A stretch of 64,000 nt of DNA, taken from assembly GCA_965204725.1 (NCBI GenBank), contig OZ242005.1, positions 320,001 through 384,000 on the forward strand, in the 5' to 3' direction. Shown here piece by piece: positions 53,068 through 60,378 of the stretch. A program made the position numbers and the translations under genes. Under the pieces are notes generated by a model. It ran no database searches and was not told the DNA's origin. It worked only from the letters and a program-made list of their open reading frames with translations. Numbering within the stretch: the first letter of the stretch is position 1; every line of letters begins with the position of its first letter. The stretch is from Candidatus Latescibacterota bacterium. Lineage in GTDB: Bacteria > Latescibacterota > UBA2968 > UBA8231.

Positions 53068-54063
53068 TCAATAATCCAAAGAGAATTTCACAACCGATGG
53101 GTAAGAACCATACTGGCTCAAATACACATATCCATCCTCGTCGGCGTGAAAATGCGAGCTTCCGTTGTAATTCTCGATACAATCGGATAGAGATGCAGTC
53201 AACAACAACTCTCCCCTCGGGGAAAACAGATCAAAATAATACTCCTTCGCATTACTCTGGCGACCTACAAGCCGGGTAAAGACATTCGCAATTCTCCCAT
53301 CCGGTAAGATAGCCAACCCTTTTGAGGCACAATCTATGGGAGAGCTAGATCTCTCATCTGGACGCCCTATGGTAGCAAGTAATTCGCCGTCGGATGAGAA
53401 TTTTCGTATTTCGTATGGATAGGGCAAAGCATAGTATATGTGTTGGTCACGATTAATCGCTATGCGTCCCATATTTCCTGATTGAAGTGCCAAATTAGGG
53501 ATGCCTTCGCGATCACAAAAAGCCATGACGAATTGACCGGAGGCGTCATATTTATGAACCAAGGGACCTTCAAAAGACAATGGCATTCCTATCACATAGA
53601 ATGCTCCTTCTTTGTCTATAACCAGTCTATATGGCATCATAGATGTTTCTATAGTTCTTAAAAGCGCACCATCCTCCCGAAAAATAGTAATTTGTTTCAT
53701 CTTAAAATCCGTAACAAAAAGATTATTGTCCTTACCTACTGCAATACCTCTGAGGTCTATAAACTCCCCAGGTTCCATTCCATTCCCGTTCCCAAACGAG
53801 TGGAGGAATTGACCTTTGGAGGAAAACTTCATAATCCGATACAAGCCACTATCTCCAACATAAATATTGTCTCTCCCGTCCGTAGCAATACCACCAATCT
53901 CCCCGAGGTTATAGCTCGATTGATCTATATCATCTGTTCCAATGGTAAGTTGCTTCTGGAAGAGAATGCAAGGCGAGGTCTCTGCAAAACTATAGCCGGA
54001 TGAAATGAACGAAATAATGACGGAATAGCAAAGAATTCCTAAAGAACAAATCAACGATCTCAT
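53068..54063 (-). CDS. Exported 6-bladed beta-propeller (NHL-like) protein
   Basis: Signal peptide, repeated IA.D..NIYV.D...I.KFSS.G units, GMEPGEF motif, AAGGAG RBS. Confidence 0.85.
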   Translation of the reverse strand: MRSLICSLGILCYSVIISFISSGYSFAETSPCILFQKQLTIGTDDIDQSSYNLGEIGGIATDGRDNIYVGDSGLYRIMKFSSKGQFLHSFGNGNGMEPGEFIDLRGIAVGKDNNLFVTDFKMKQITIFREDGALLRTIETSMMPYRLVIDKEGAFYVIGMPLSFEGPLVHKYDASGQFVMAFCDREGIPNLALQSGNMGRIAINRDQHIYYALPYPYEIRKFSSDGELLATIGRPDERSSSPIDCASKGLAILPDGRIANVFTRLVGRQSNAKEYYFDLFSPRGELLLTASLSDCIENYNGSSHFHADEDGYVYLSQYGSYPSVVKFSLDY

Positions 54064-54107
54064 TTTTAGCTCCTTATGATATGATATTCTCTTGGATATG
54101 TTAGGTA

Positions 54108-54418
54108 TGCCATGCCCATTGACCTCAATGTATTTGCCTAAGCCTTAAGCCTCAAGTAGAGAACTTAGACCGGAATACAGTATCCACACTGAAGCAGCGA
54201 AGACTCTTTATCGCAAATATCGGTTCCGCAGTTAAACAGGTGTAGCTCTTCCTCTCCAATACACTGCTCAACTGGACAATGTGCATTAGCCTCAGTAACT
54301 TTGAGGCCAAGCATAGCCGCTATCGCAGTCGCTGCTAGCGCTCCGAAGACGTAAAAGTGTTTCATAGGTATCACCTCCTTTCTGTTTGAAGATTATGAAT
54401 AGGCCAATGGGCATGGCA
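54108..54418. repeat. 18-bp inverted repeat pair bracketing the peptide gene
   Basis: tgccatgcccattgacct (54108-54125) and aggccaatgggcatggca (54401-54418) are complementary at 17 of 18 positions. Confidence 0.85.
54165..54365 (-). CDS. Secreted cysteine-rich peptide (66 aa: predicted signal peptide plus 38-aa 6-Cys core)
   Basis: Full-consensus SD AAGGAGGTGA. MKH plus hydrophobic stretch ending A-N-A, then HCPVEQCIGEEELHLFNCGTDICDKESSLLQCGYCIPV. Confidence 0.85.
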   Translation of the reverse strand: MKHFYVFGALAATAIAAMLGLKVTEANAHCPVEQCIGEEELHLFNCGTDICDKESSLLQCGYCIPV

Positions 54419-54459
54419 ATTTCTTACTCGGGCTTCGGGTACGTGTTTTTAACTCATGT

Positions 54460-55056
54460 TCATAAGTATTCGAGTAAACGGACAATTTTCTCCTTGTATA
54501 GCTTATGCTCAACTAGGGACTGCCCGGAAGCACTGGCATCTATAATCTTCCCAAGGTTATCGACTAAAACCTTAGTCGGTGTATTTGTGATGCCAAAAGT
54601 GTCTTTATATCCTCCTTCTGGATCTAGAAGTATCGGGAAATCAATATGTCTTCCTCTTTTAAAAATTGTCATCTTGTAGGTGTCAACTGGAGCCGTAGTA
54701 ACACCGAGAACGGTTACAGCGGAATCTTCATAGGTGCGGTCTATATCTCGCCAAAGCTTCGACTCCAACAGACACGAAGAACAATCGTCAGGTGAGAAGA
54801 ATACAATGAGTGTCAGTTGTGCATCGATTGCCTCAGAAGAAATCATATCGCCATTTAGTGAAGACAATTCAAAGCGTGGCATAGCGGAACCAATGGAAAC
54901 AGAAGCCGTCCAGCTCGTTGTATCTTTGGACTCCAGCCGTTTAGTCACGCTCAAAATGTCGATGTGAAGCTTTGATTGGAGATCCCAAAGAAAAATCCCT
55001 GAACTGACGAGAAAAGCGATCAATGCAAATCTCCAAAAATATGGTTTTCTTTTCAT
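54460..55056 (-). CDS. Membrane-anchored thioredoxin-like (TlpA/AhpC-TSA fold) protein
   Basis: N-terminal TM, MPRFELSSLNG, FFSPDDCSSC, FPILLDP, TPTKVLVD. Confidence 0.85.
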   Translation of the reverse strand: MKRKPYFWRFALIAFLVSSGIFLWDLQSKLHIDILSVTKRLESKDTTSWTASVSIGSAMPRFELSSLNGDMISSEAIDAQLTLIVFFSPDDCSSCLLESKLWRDIDRTYEDSAVTVLGVTTAPVDTYKMTIFKRGRHIDFPILLDPEGGYKDTFGITNTPTKVLVDNLGKIIDASASGQSLVEHKLYKEKIVRLLEYL

Positions 55057-55643
55057 TTGAAATCTCCCGCCATATCCAGTTTGATTCTGTAAATACCGTT
55101 TGTGAACTTCTCAGCACTTTTGGTTGCTCCCGATATTCCGTCCACATTGAATCCAACCAGCATCTTTTTCTTTATTTTTTTATTCTCGAATTGAGCAATA
55201 AAGGTCTGCTGCAATTCCGTTGACATGGGTTTACCATACAAGTGAAATGGATCAATTAGAATAATATCTCCGATTTTTCCATTTTGAACCTCGACCAGAG
55301 CCCTGACATCCGCACACACTGAGCACGAAATATCCTCGCGGATTTGGTACGCAACCCCTAGTGAGGTCCATCCTTGGGAGACTTCGTATCGAACCAAGCG
55401 TCCTCGAGTTTCGCGGCTATAGGACGTGAGCCCTGGGAAAAGTTGATTTAATAATTCTCTTAGTTTTTCGTCTGGTAAACGAGGAAAAACCGCTTCCAAG
55501 CGACTCTGCTCTAGATCGTTTAGCTGCCAGAGCTCTATGTACAGAGCACACGTTCCGCTGACGATTGCTATGTTGACGAAAACGAGGCAGGCAACCGTGT
55601 AGGATAAAATCCGTAGAAGTAAGCCCCTTTCAACCTCAGCCAA
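55053..55643 (-). CDS. Membrane-anchored FMN-binding (flavinylation-motif) protein with CxxC
   Basis: N-terminal TM, CSVC, and VDGISGATKS (ApbE target motif). TTG start after GGAG. Confidence 0.75.
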   Translation of the reverse strand: MAEVERGLLLRILSYTVACLVFVNIAIVSGTCALYIELWQLNDLEQSRLEAVFPRLPDEKLRELLNQLFPGLTSYSRETRGRLVRYEVSQGWTSLGVAYQIREDISCSVCADVRALVEVQNGKIGDIILIDPFHLYGKPMSTELQQTFIAQFENKKIKKKMLVGFNVDGISGATKSAEKFTNGIYRIKLDMAGDFK

Positions 55644-55789
55644 AATTGTTCTCCGTTCCAGAGACTGCGCTCACAACTTCCAAGTCCACCGTGTCTTGCC
55701 TTGAGGCGTACCATAAATCATCAAGCTTGGACCTATCTTACGGCCCATCTCCGCTTTGCCATATCCGTCCATCTTTCACTTGGAATGAT

Positions 55790-55805
55790 TGCAAAAACCG
55801 TGCCT
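55790..55805 (-). promoter_or_regulatory. sigma54 (-24/-12) promoter
   Basis: Minus strand AGGCACGGTTTTTGCA is GG-N10-GC and close to the TGGCACG-N4-TTGCW consensus; it points into the operon. Confidence 0.88.
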
Positions 55806-55846
55806 ATAAATTGCTATCAGCTTAATAGACTTATATCTATGGGCCG

Positions 55847-55859
55847 TAACTTGTTGATC
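55847..55859 (-). promoter_or_regulatory. Candidate IHF site
   Basis: GATCAACAAGTTA against consensus WATCAA-N4-TTR, next to an AT-rich tract, between the promoter and the upstream boxes. Confidence 0.5.
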
Positions 55860-55938
55860 ACAATGATTTTAAGAAAATAATTTTTTATTTTTCTCTTATT
55901 AAACTGTTCCTTGCCTCCCGTTGGCTTCCCGATTTCAT

Positions 55939-56015
55939 CGTATGCCTATACGACTTTTCCGTATGGCCATACAATTTCGTCGTATGCCTATACGATTTTG
56001 CCGCATGGCCGCGGG
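55939..56015. promoter_or_regulatory. Four palindromic boxes at 21-bp period (probable enhancer/UAS)
   Basis: CGTATGCCTATACG (55939), CGTATGGCCATACA (55960), CGTATGCCTATACG (55981), CGCATGGCCGCGGG (56002). Confidence 0.75.
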
Positions 56016-56066
56016 TCACCCTTCTCAAGATAGCCTCTCCAGTCTTCTACGATAGCGGCCTTTTAC

Positions 56067-56095
56067 TTGTATCCCTTGCTTTTAATGGTTATAGT
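56067..56095 (+). promoter_or_regulatory. Probable sigma70 promoter of the activator gene
   Basis: TTGTAT, 17 nt, TATAGT. Confidence 0.55.
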
Positions 56096-56235
56096 GTAGC
56101 CTAGATTGGCTACTTTGTCTAGGGCTACGTCGAGTGTATAGCGGAGGGATATGACTCGGCTGGCGACGCGAGAACGAGAAGCATCAACCTTAGAGGAGCA
56201 ATCCATGCCGGGCGACATACATACGTTAGTGTACG

Positions 56236-57279
56236 ATGTACAGGCTTGGCATCCATTTTCGGCCCGCTTGCCGGATATCCATATTTTTTAACCAGATCGC
56301 GACTCAGCGTATGCTTAATCAAAGTTCGACTATGACCATAATCCTGAAACAGGCCGAACAAATAGCCAATATCCCTGTAACAGTCCTGATACTAGGCGAA
56401 ACTGGGGTAGGCAAAGGCGTACTCGCTCGGCATATCCATTCTCTGAGCCTACGCCAAGAGAAACCCTTTGTCTCAGTCAATTGTGGGGCCCTGCCTCCCG
56501 GGGTGGCTGAAAGCGAACTGTTCGGCCATGAAAAGGGTTCTTTTACCAGCGCGGTGAACCAGCATATCGGCCGATTTGAACAGGCGTACGGCGGCACCCT
56601 GTTCCTCGATGAAATAGGCGATTTGAGCATAGAGGTTCAACGGCTTCTACTCAACATTCTGGAAGATCACCACCTGACCCGAGTTGGAGGGGAGATCTCT
56701 ATCAGGGTGGATGCTCGGGTGATTGCCGCGACCAACCGGGATCTGCAACAATCCATCCAAGACGGGACATTCCGGGAAGATTTGTTCCACCGCTTGAATA
56801 TATTCCCAATAGAGATTCCACCCCTAAGGGAACGCCAAGAGGAAATACCGGACTTGGCAGTGCTTTTTGCGACCGAGTGGGCCCAGAAGCTACGGCGGCC
56901 CGTGCCGAGTCTAAGCCCCGAGGTGATGAGGCATTTGCAGGAATATGATTGGCCGGGCAATGTGCGCGAGTTAGAGCATCTGGTCCAGCGGGCGATGATT
57001 ATATGCCTAGACGATGCCATAGAAGTGGAGCATATGCAACTCCCGGCTGGCAAGCAAGCCGCGGCACTGACGTCCATGACACTGGTTGAAGGGGAGGCCG
57101 AAGCCAAGACGGACCGGCTCGCCGAGGTCGAAAAGAAGCAAATTATAGAAGCACTCCAAGCCACGAATTGGATGATCTATGGCGAGCAGGGTGCAGCCCA
57201 ATTGTTGGGCATAAATCCAGAGCGTCTGCGTTCTCGCATGCGCGTGTACGGGTTGGAGCGACCAAAGCCGCATCGGTGA
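56236..57279 (+). CDS. sigma54-dependent enhancer-binding protein (AAA+ and Fis-type HTH, no sensor domain)
   Basis: GETGVGK, ESELFGHEKGSFTSA, LFLDEIG, AATNRDL, FREDLFHRL, WPGNVREL, C-terminal HTH. True start uncertain. Confidence 0.92.
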   Translation: MYRLGIHFRPACRISIFFNQIATQRMLNQSSTMTIILKQAEQIANIPVTVLILGETGVGKGVLARHIHSLSLRQEKPFVSVNCGALPPGVAESELFGHEKGSFTSAVNQHIGRFEQAYGGTLFLDEIGDLSIEVQRLLLNILEDHHLTRVGGEISIRVDARVIAATNRDLQQSIQDGTFREDLFHRLNIFPIEIPPLRERQEEIPDLAVLFATEWAQKLRRPVPSLSPEVMRHLQEYDWPGNVRELEHLVQRAMIICLDDAIEVEHMQLPAGKQAAALTSMTLVEGEAEAKTDRLAEVEKKQIIEALQATNWMIYGEQGAAQLLGINPERLRSRMRVYGLERPKPHR

Positions 57280-57481
57280 CCTCAGCGGCGTACTTAGCCT
57301 GCCTAGGGGCTCAAAACGAACTTAGCAGCCCCTTTTCTCTTTCCAGCACACCTCACGACTCACTATGTCGGCTACCTACCGACGCGATGCCCGAGGCCAA
57401 CAAATAAGATCGCCCAGCAGCCTCAAAACGGCAGTGGAGCAGGCCCGAACGCTGATATAAGAGTGAGTTGTAAGGGGTCCC

Positions 57482-57590
57482 CACCTCGATTCACGCCTCC
57501 CTTTCCTCATCGCCATACGAGTGACCGCCGAAAATGGCCCGCAGTTCGGCCGCAGAGGTCGCTTGGCGCATCTGGGCCATACGCTCGGCC
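57482..57590 (-). repeat. Diverged direct duplicate of the 3' end of the RraA-family gene (other copy 57998-58106)
   Basis: 109-bp direct repeat. I count 8 mismatches over the 100 coding bases, 6 of them synonymous. Confidence 0.9.
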
Positions 57591-57602
57591 ATCACAGACC
57601 GG

Positions 57603-57929
57603 CTAGCCGAACAGTTTTAAGGCCCCGATTAGGCCCCAGGTCGCCACGTGCAGGGCAACGACCCACCGCAAGAGCTCTTTGCGCGTGTCGTCAATGGCTT
57701 TGCGGTTGGCCTCAATGGCTTTGCGGTTGGCGTCGATCTTCGTTTCGAGCGACTCCCGCATCGCGTCGATCTTCGTTTCGAGCGACTCCCGCATCGCATC
57801 GATCTTCGTTTCGACGCGGCCTAGTCGGACTCGGACATCGACTTGCTCAATAATGCCTTCAAGTCGGGCGATGCGCCCTTCGTGATCCAACGGATAGGGC
57901 CGCTCTGGCGGCAAAGCAGGCTCAGTCAT
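57603..57929 (-). CDS. Small coiled-coil protein with 11-aa and 7-aa repeats and a C-terminal TM (DUF1640-like)
   Basis: AAGGAG RBS, ETKIDAMRESL x2, I.ANRKA x2, hydrophobic tail. Confidence 0.8.
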   Translation of the reverse strand: MTEPALPPERPYPLDHEGRIARLEGIIEQVDVRVRLGRVETKIDAMRESLETKIDAMRESLETKIDANRKAIEANRKAIDDTRKELLRWVVALHVATWGLIGALKLFG

Positions 57930-58006
57930 AATCAAAGCTCCTTTTGATATAGAACATAAGGACCGGTGGTTAGAATCATAGAGGGACGCATATCAAGCAC
58001 CTCGGC

Positions 58007-58735
58007 TCACGCCTCCCCTTCCTCGTCGCCGTATGAGTGGCCGCCGAAAATGGCCCGCAGTTCGGCCGCAGAGGTGGCTTCGCGCATCTGGGCCATGCGC
58101 TCGGCCTCGTGTTTTTGCAGGGCGCGGACGTTTTCCAGCACGGCACTGAGCTGGTCGGCGGGGAATTTTACTGCGCCGTTTTCATCCATGTGGATGATCT
58201 CGCCCGGGGCCACATCCATACCAGCGACCGAGACCGGCACATTGACCGCGTGGACAGCTTGGGCACCGTGCCCCGCGGTGACGCCGCTGAGCAAGTACTG
58301 GAACTTCATCGGGCGAATTTCGTCAATGTCGCGCGAGGGGCCGTTGGAAATCGCCCCAACGCAGCCGAGGGCCTGCATGGCCGTGGTCATGTTGCCGCCA
58401 GCTAAGCCGACCTTGCCCGCGATTTCGGGCGGAAACTTCTGCTGAAAGACCAAGATCGTCGGCTTGGGCGAGGCGTCGAGGGCATCGAGAACGTCCATGA
58501 AGCCAACGCCGTTGTAATTGGGGTCGGGCAGGCCGTAGGTACAGGTGACCGCGTAGCCAACCGTAGGCCCTAGCTCGGGATACATGCAGCGCAGCGACTG
58601 GTCGGTGTACCAGTTTTCGCTCCAAGGATTGTACAGCCCCAAGCACAAAGGGTCGCCCGGGTAGGTGGCGACGACGTTGGTAATGGAGGGCGTGTCAAAG
58701 TTTTTTAGCTCGGCGAGCATTTCTCGAGGGGTCAT
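58007..58735 (-). CDS. RraA/HMG-aldolase family protein
   Basis: VGYAVT, GGNMTTAM, SNGPSRDIDEI, PGEIIHMDENG. Confidence 0.85.
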   Translation of the reverse strand: MTPREMLAELKNFDTPSITNVVATYPGDPLCLGLYNPWSENWYTDQSLRCMYPELGPTVGYAVTCTYGLPDPNYNGVGFMDVLDALDASPKPTILVFQQKFPPEIAGKVGLAGGNMTTAMQALGCVGAISNGPSRDIDEIRPMKFQYLLSGVTAGHGAQAVHAVNVPVSVAGMDVAPGEIIHMDENGAVKFPADQLSAVLENVRALQKHEAERMAQMREATSAAELRAIFGGHSYGDEEGEA

Positions 58736-58789
58736 TGGAGGCTCCTGATTGAGGAATGGAAAGTCGCGTTTTTTTCGCGCCAGTGCGCG

Positions 58790-59602
58790 TCAATGCTGGT
58801 CGCGCCGCGGCAAGATCGGCTGATTCTTCAGCTCGCGGATTAGCTCCACAAGCCCTTCGGTCGCCGCGGCTAAAAACTGTTCGCCCTTTTCCCGAGAGGC
58901 TTTAGTCGCGTCGCCCACCACGCCGCTGGCTGTCTGCTGGCTCCAGTAGGGTATCAGCCGCGCACCCGATCCCTCGGGGTGCGTCCCGGCCAACAAGTCA
59001 GTGCGAAAGCTCGGCGACAGGGGCGAGCGCTCGTCAACGGCCTTGTCCATTTCGACGAGTTCCGGCTTGAGCGCGAGATAGAGCGAGGTCTCGTATTCGC
59101 CGGCGTGCGAAGTGCCGCCGTAGGACGAGTCGCGCAACTGGTTGCCCACGGTCTTGGCGCGGCGCAAATCCCAGTGATTGACCGAGGCGCAGAGGACCCG
59201 GCCCTCGTATTCGAGGACGGTCAGGCGGGCCGCCAAATCGAGCGGCGAGGCGTTGGAGCCGTGGCCATTGACGATGAGGATGCGCTCAAAGCCGTGGTAG
59301 GCCAAGCTGCAACACACGTCCTTGACATAGCGGATAAAGGTGTCCCAAGCAATGGTCAGGGTGCCGTGGAAATCTATATGGTGCGGGCTGTAGCCGTGGG
59401 TGACCGGCGGGGCGAGCACGGCTTCCTCTGGGATGCGGGCCACGGCGCGCTCGCATATCCCGTGGCACAGCACCACATCCGTATCCACCGGCAGATGCGG
59501 GCCGTGATCTTCGTGGGTAGCGACGGGCAGCACGGCAACGCGGCCTTGTTCGGCAGCTTCTTTGGTCTCATTCCAGATCATTTCAGCGTAGCGGTACTTC
59601 AC
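58790..59602 (-). CDS. Creatininase family amidohydrolase
   Basis: EDHGPHLPVDTD, SPHH..FHGTL, NGHGSN, HAGEYETS. Confidence 0.92.
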   Translation of the reverse strand: MKYRYAEMIWNETKEAAEQGRVAVLPVATHEDHGPHLPVDTDVVLCHGICERAVARIPEEAVLAPPVTHGYSPHHIDFHGTLTIAWDTFIRYVKDVCCSLAYHGFERILIVNGHGSNASPLDLAARLTVLEYEGRVLCASVNHWDLRRAKTVGNQLRDSSYGGTSHAGEYETSLYLALKPELVEMDKAVDERSPLSPSFRTDLLAGTHPEGSGARLIPYWSQQTASGVVGDATKASREKGEQFLAAATEGLVELIRELKNQPILPRRDQH

Positions 59603-59766
59603 GGCAACGGCTCCTCGGAGTGTAGGTTGGAAATAGGGATGCGAAAAGAGATAGGCAACTGACGCGATGGGAGCAAGCGGTATTTGTGTTGAGCAGGCGA
59701 GATACCTAGCTTTACAGTAGGCAGCGAAGGGAAGACGCCTTCGCCGGGGAAAGAGGAATCAATCCA

Positions 59767-60027
59767 ATGATTTATGCAGTCATATCTTTTGAGCCGAGCG
59801 AGGAACTGTCCAACAAAATCAGCGGCCTCGAGGTTCCCGTGTACGATGGTGAGGCCCCGATTGCCCATTTCGTATCGTTTAGGGGGACGACGCGCGAGCT
59901 GGCCCAAAAGCTCGGATACGACAGCAGCCAAGCAGGCACCGGTATCGTCATCCCGGTCCCGAACTATTTCGGCTTCGCCTCTAGAGACCTTTGGGAATGG
60001 CTGGAGATCAATGAAGATGACAAGTGA
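59767..60027 (+). CDS. Small hypothetical protein
   Basis: GAGG RBS, 86 aa, C-terminal YFGFASRDLWEWL; overlaps the next gene. Confidence 0.7.
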   Translation: MIYAVISFEPSEELSNKISGLEVPVYDGEAPIAHFVSFRGTTRELAQKLGYDSSQAGTGIVIPVPNYFGFASRDLWEWLEINEDDK

Positions 60028-60340
60028 ACGAAACGATAGCGCGGAGACGGACAGCAGGAGACCCTCTGGTTCGTCAGAAAAGCCGCCGGTCTCGTCTTCT
60101 AAGCCAGATATGTCTTGGGTCATGCACAGTCTCAACCAGATCCAAGAAGATATCGGATCCATTAGAGAGCGCGTCGCCCGTATCGAAGAAAACATCAAAC
60201 CAATCCCCCAAATGGAAAAAAGACTGCGGAGAATTGAGAACATCATCTGGACCGTCGGCGGCGTCTTGATCGCTGGCAGCGTAATCTGGGGCGTAGTCAA
60301 ATGGATTTCGTCGAACTACGACCTCATCCCCAAGCCATAA
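60011..60340 (+). CDS. Small coiled-coil protein with a C-terminal TM
   Basis: GGAG RBS, IGSIRERVARIEENIK...LRRIE coiled coil, then IIWTVGGVLIAGSVIWGVV. Start 60011 or 60017. Confidence 0.65.
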   Translation: MKMTSERNDSAETDSRRPSGSSEKPPVSSSKPDMSWVMHSLNQIQEDIGSIRERVARIEENIKPIPQMEKRLRRIENIIWTVGGVLIAGSVIWGVVKWISSNYDLIPKP

Positions 60341-60378
60341 CCCAAAGGAACGAAGCATTTCATGGAGAAACGAAGAGC

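Larger units (their letters stand above)
45832..57279. mobile_element. Lower-GC accessory island (sigma54-controlled peptide operon plus divergent activator)
   Basis: Visibly more AT-rich than the flanks, starting just after the rluD stop. No integrase or transposase seen, so mobility is inferred only. Confidence 0.55.

Noticed and set aside
55671-55772. 33-codon ORF (MDGYGKAEMGRK...) just downstream of the sigma54 promoter as a second peptide
   Set aside because: No clear SD and no recognisable features; cannot be supported, though not excluded.
55939-56015. 21-bp periodic palindromes as a mini-CRISPR or iterons
   Set aside because: Gaps are only 7 bp, there is no cas or rep gene, and the position fits a sigma54 enhancer.
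45776-57480. att sites or integrase for the island
   Set aside because: No convincing direct repeat at both ends and no recombinase found by eye.
59599-60300. 233-aa minus-strand ORF
   Set aside because: Antisense to two plus-strand ORFs that have RBSs and more protein-like sequence.
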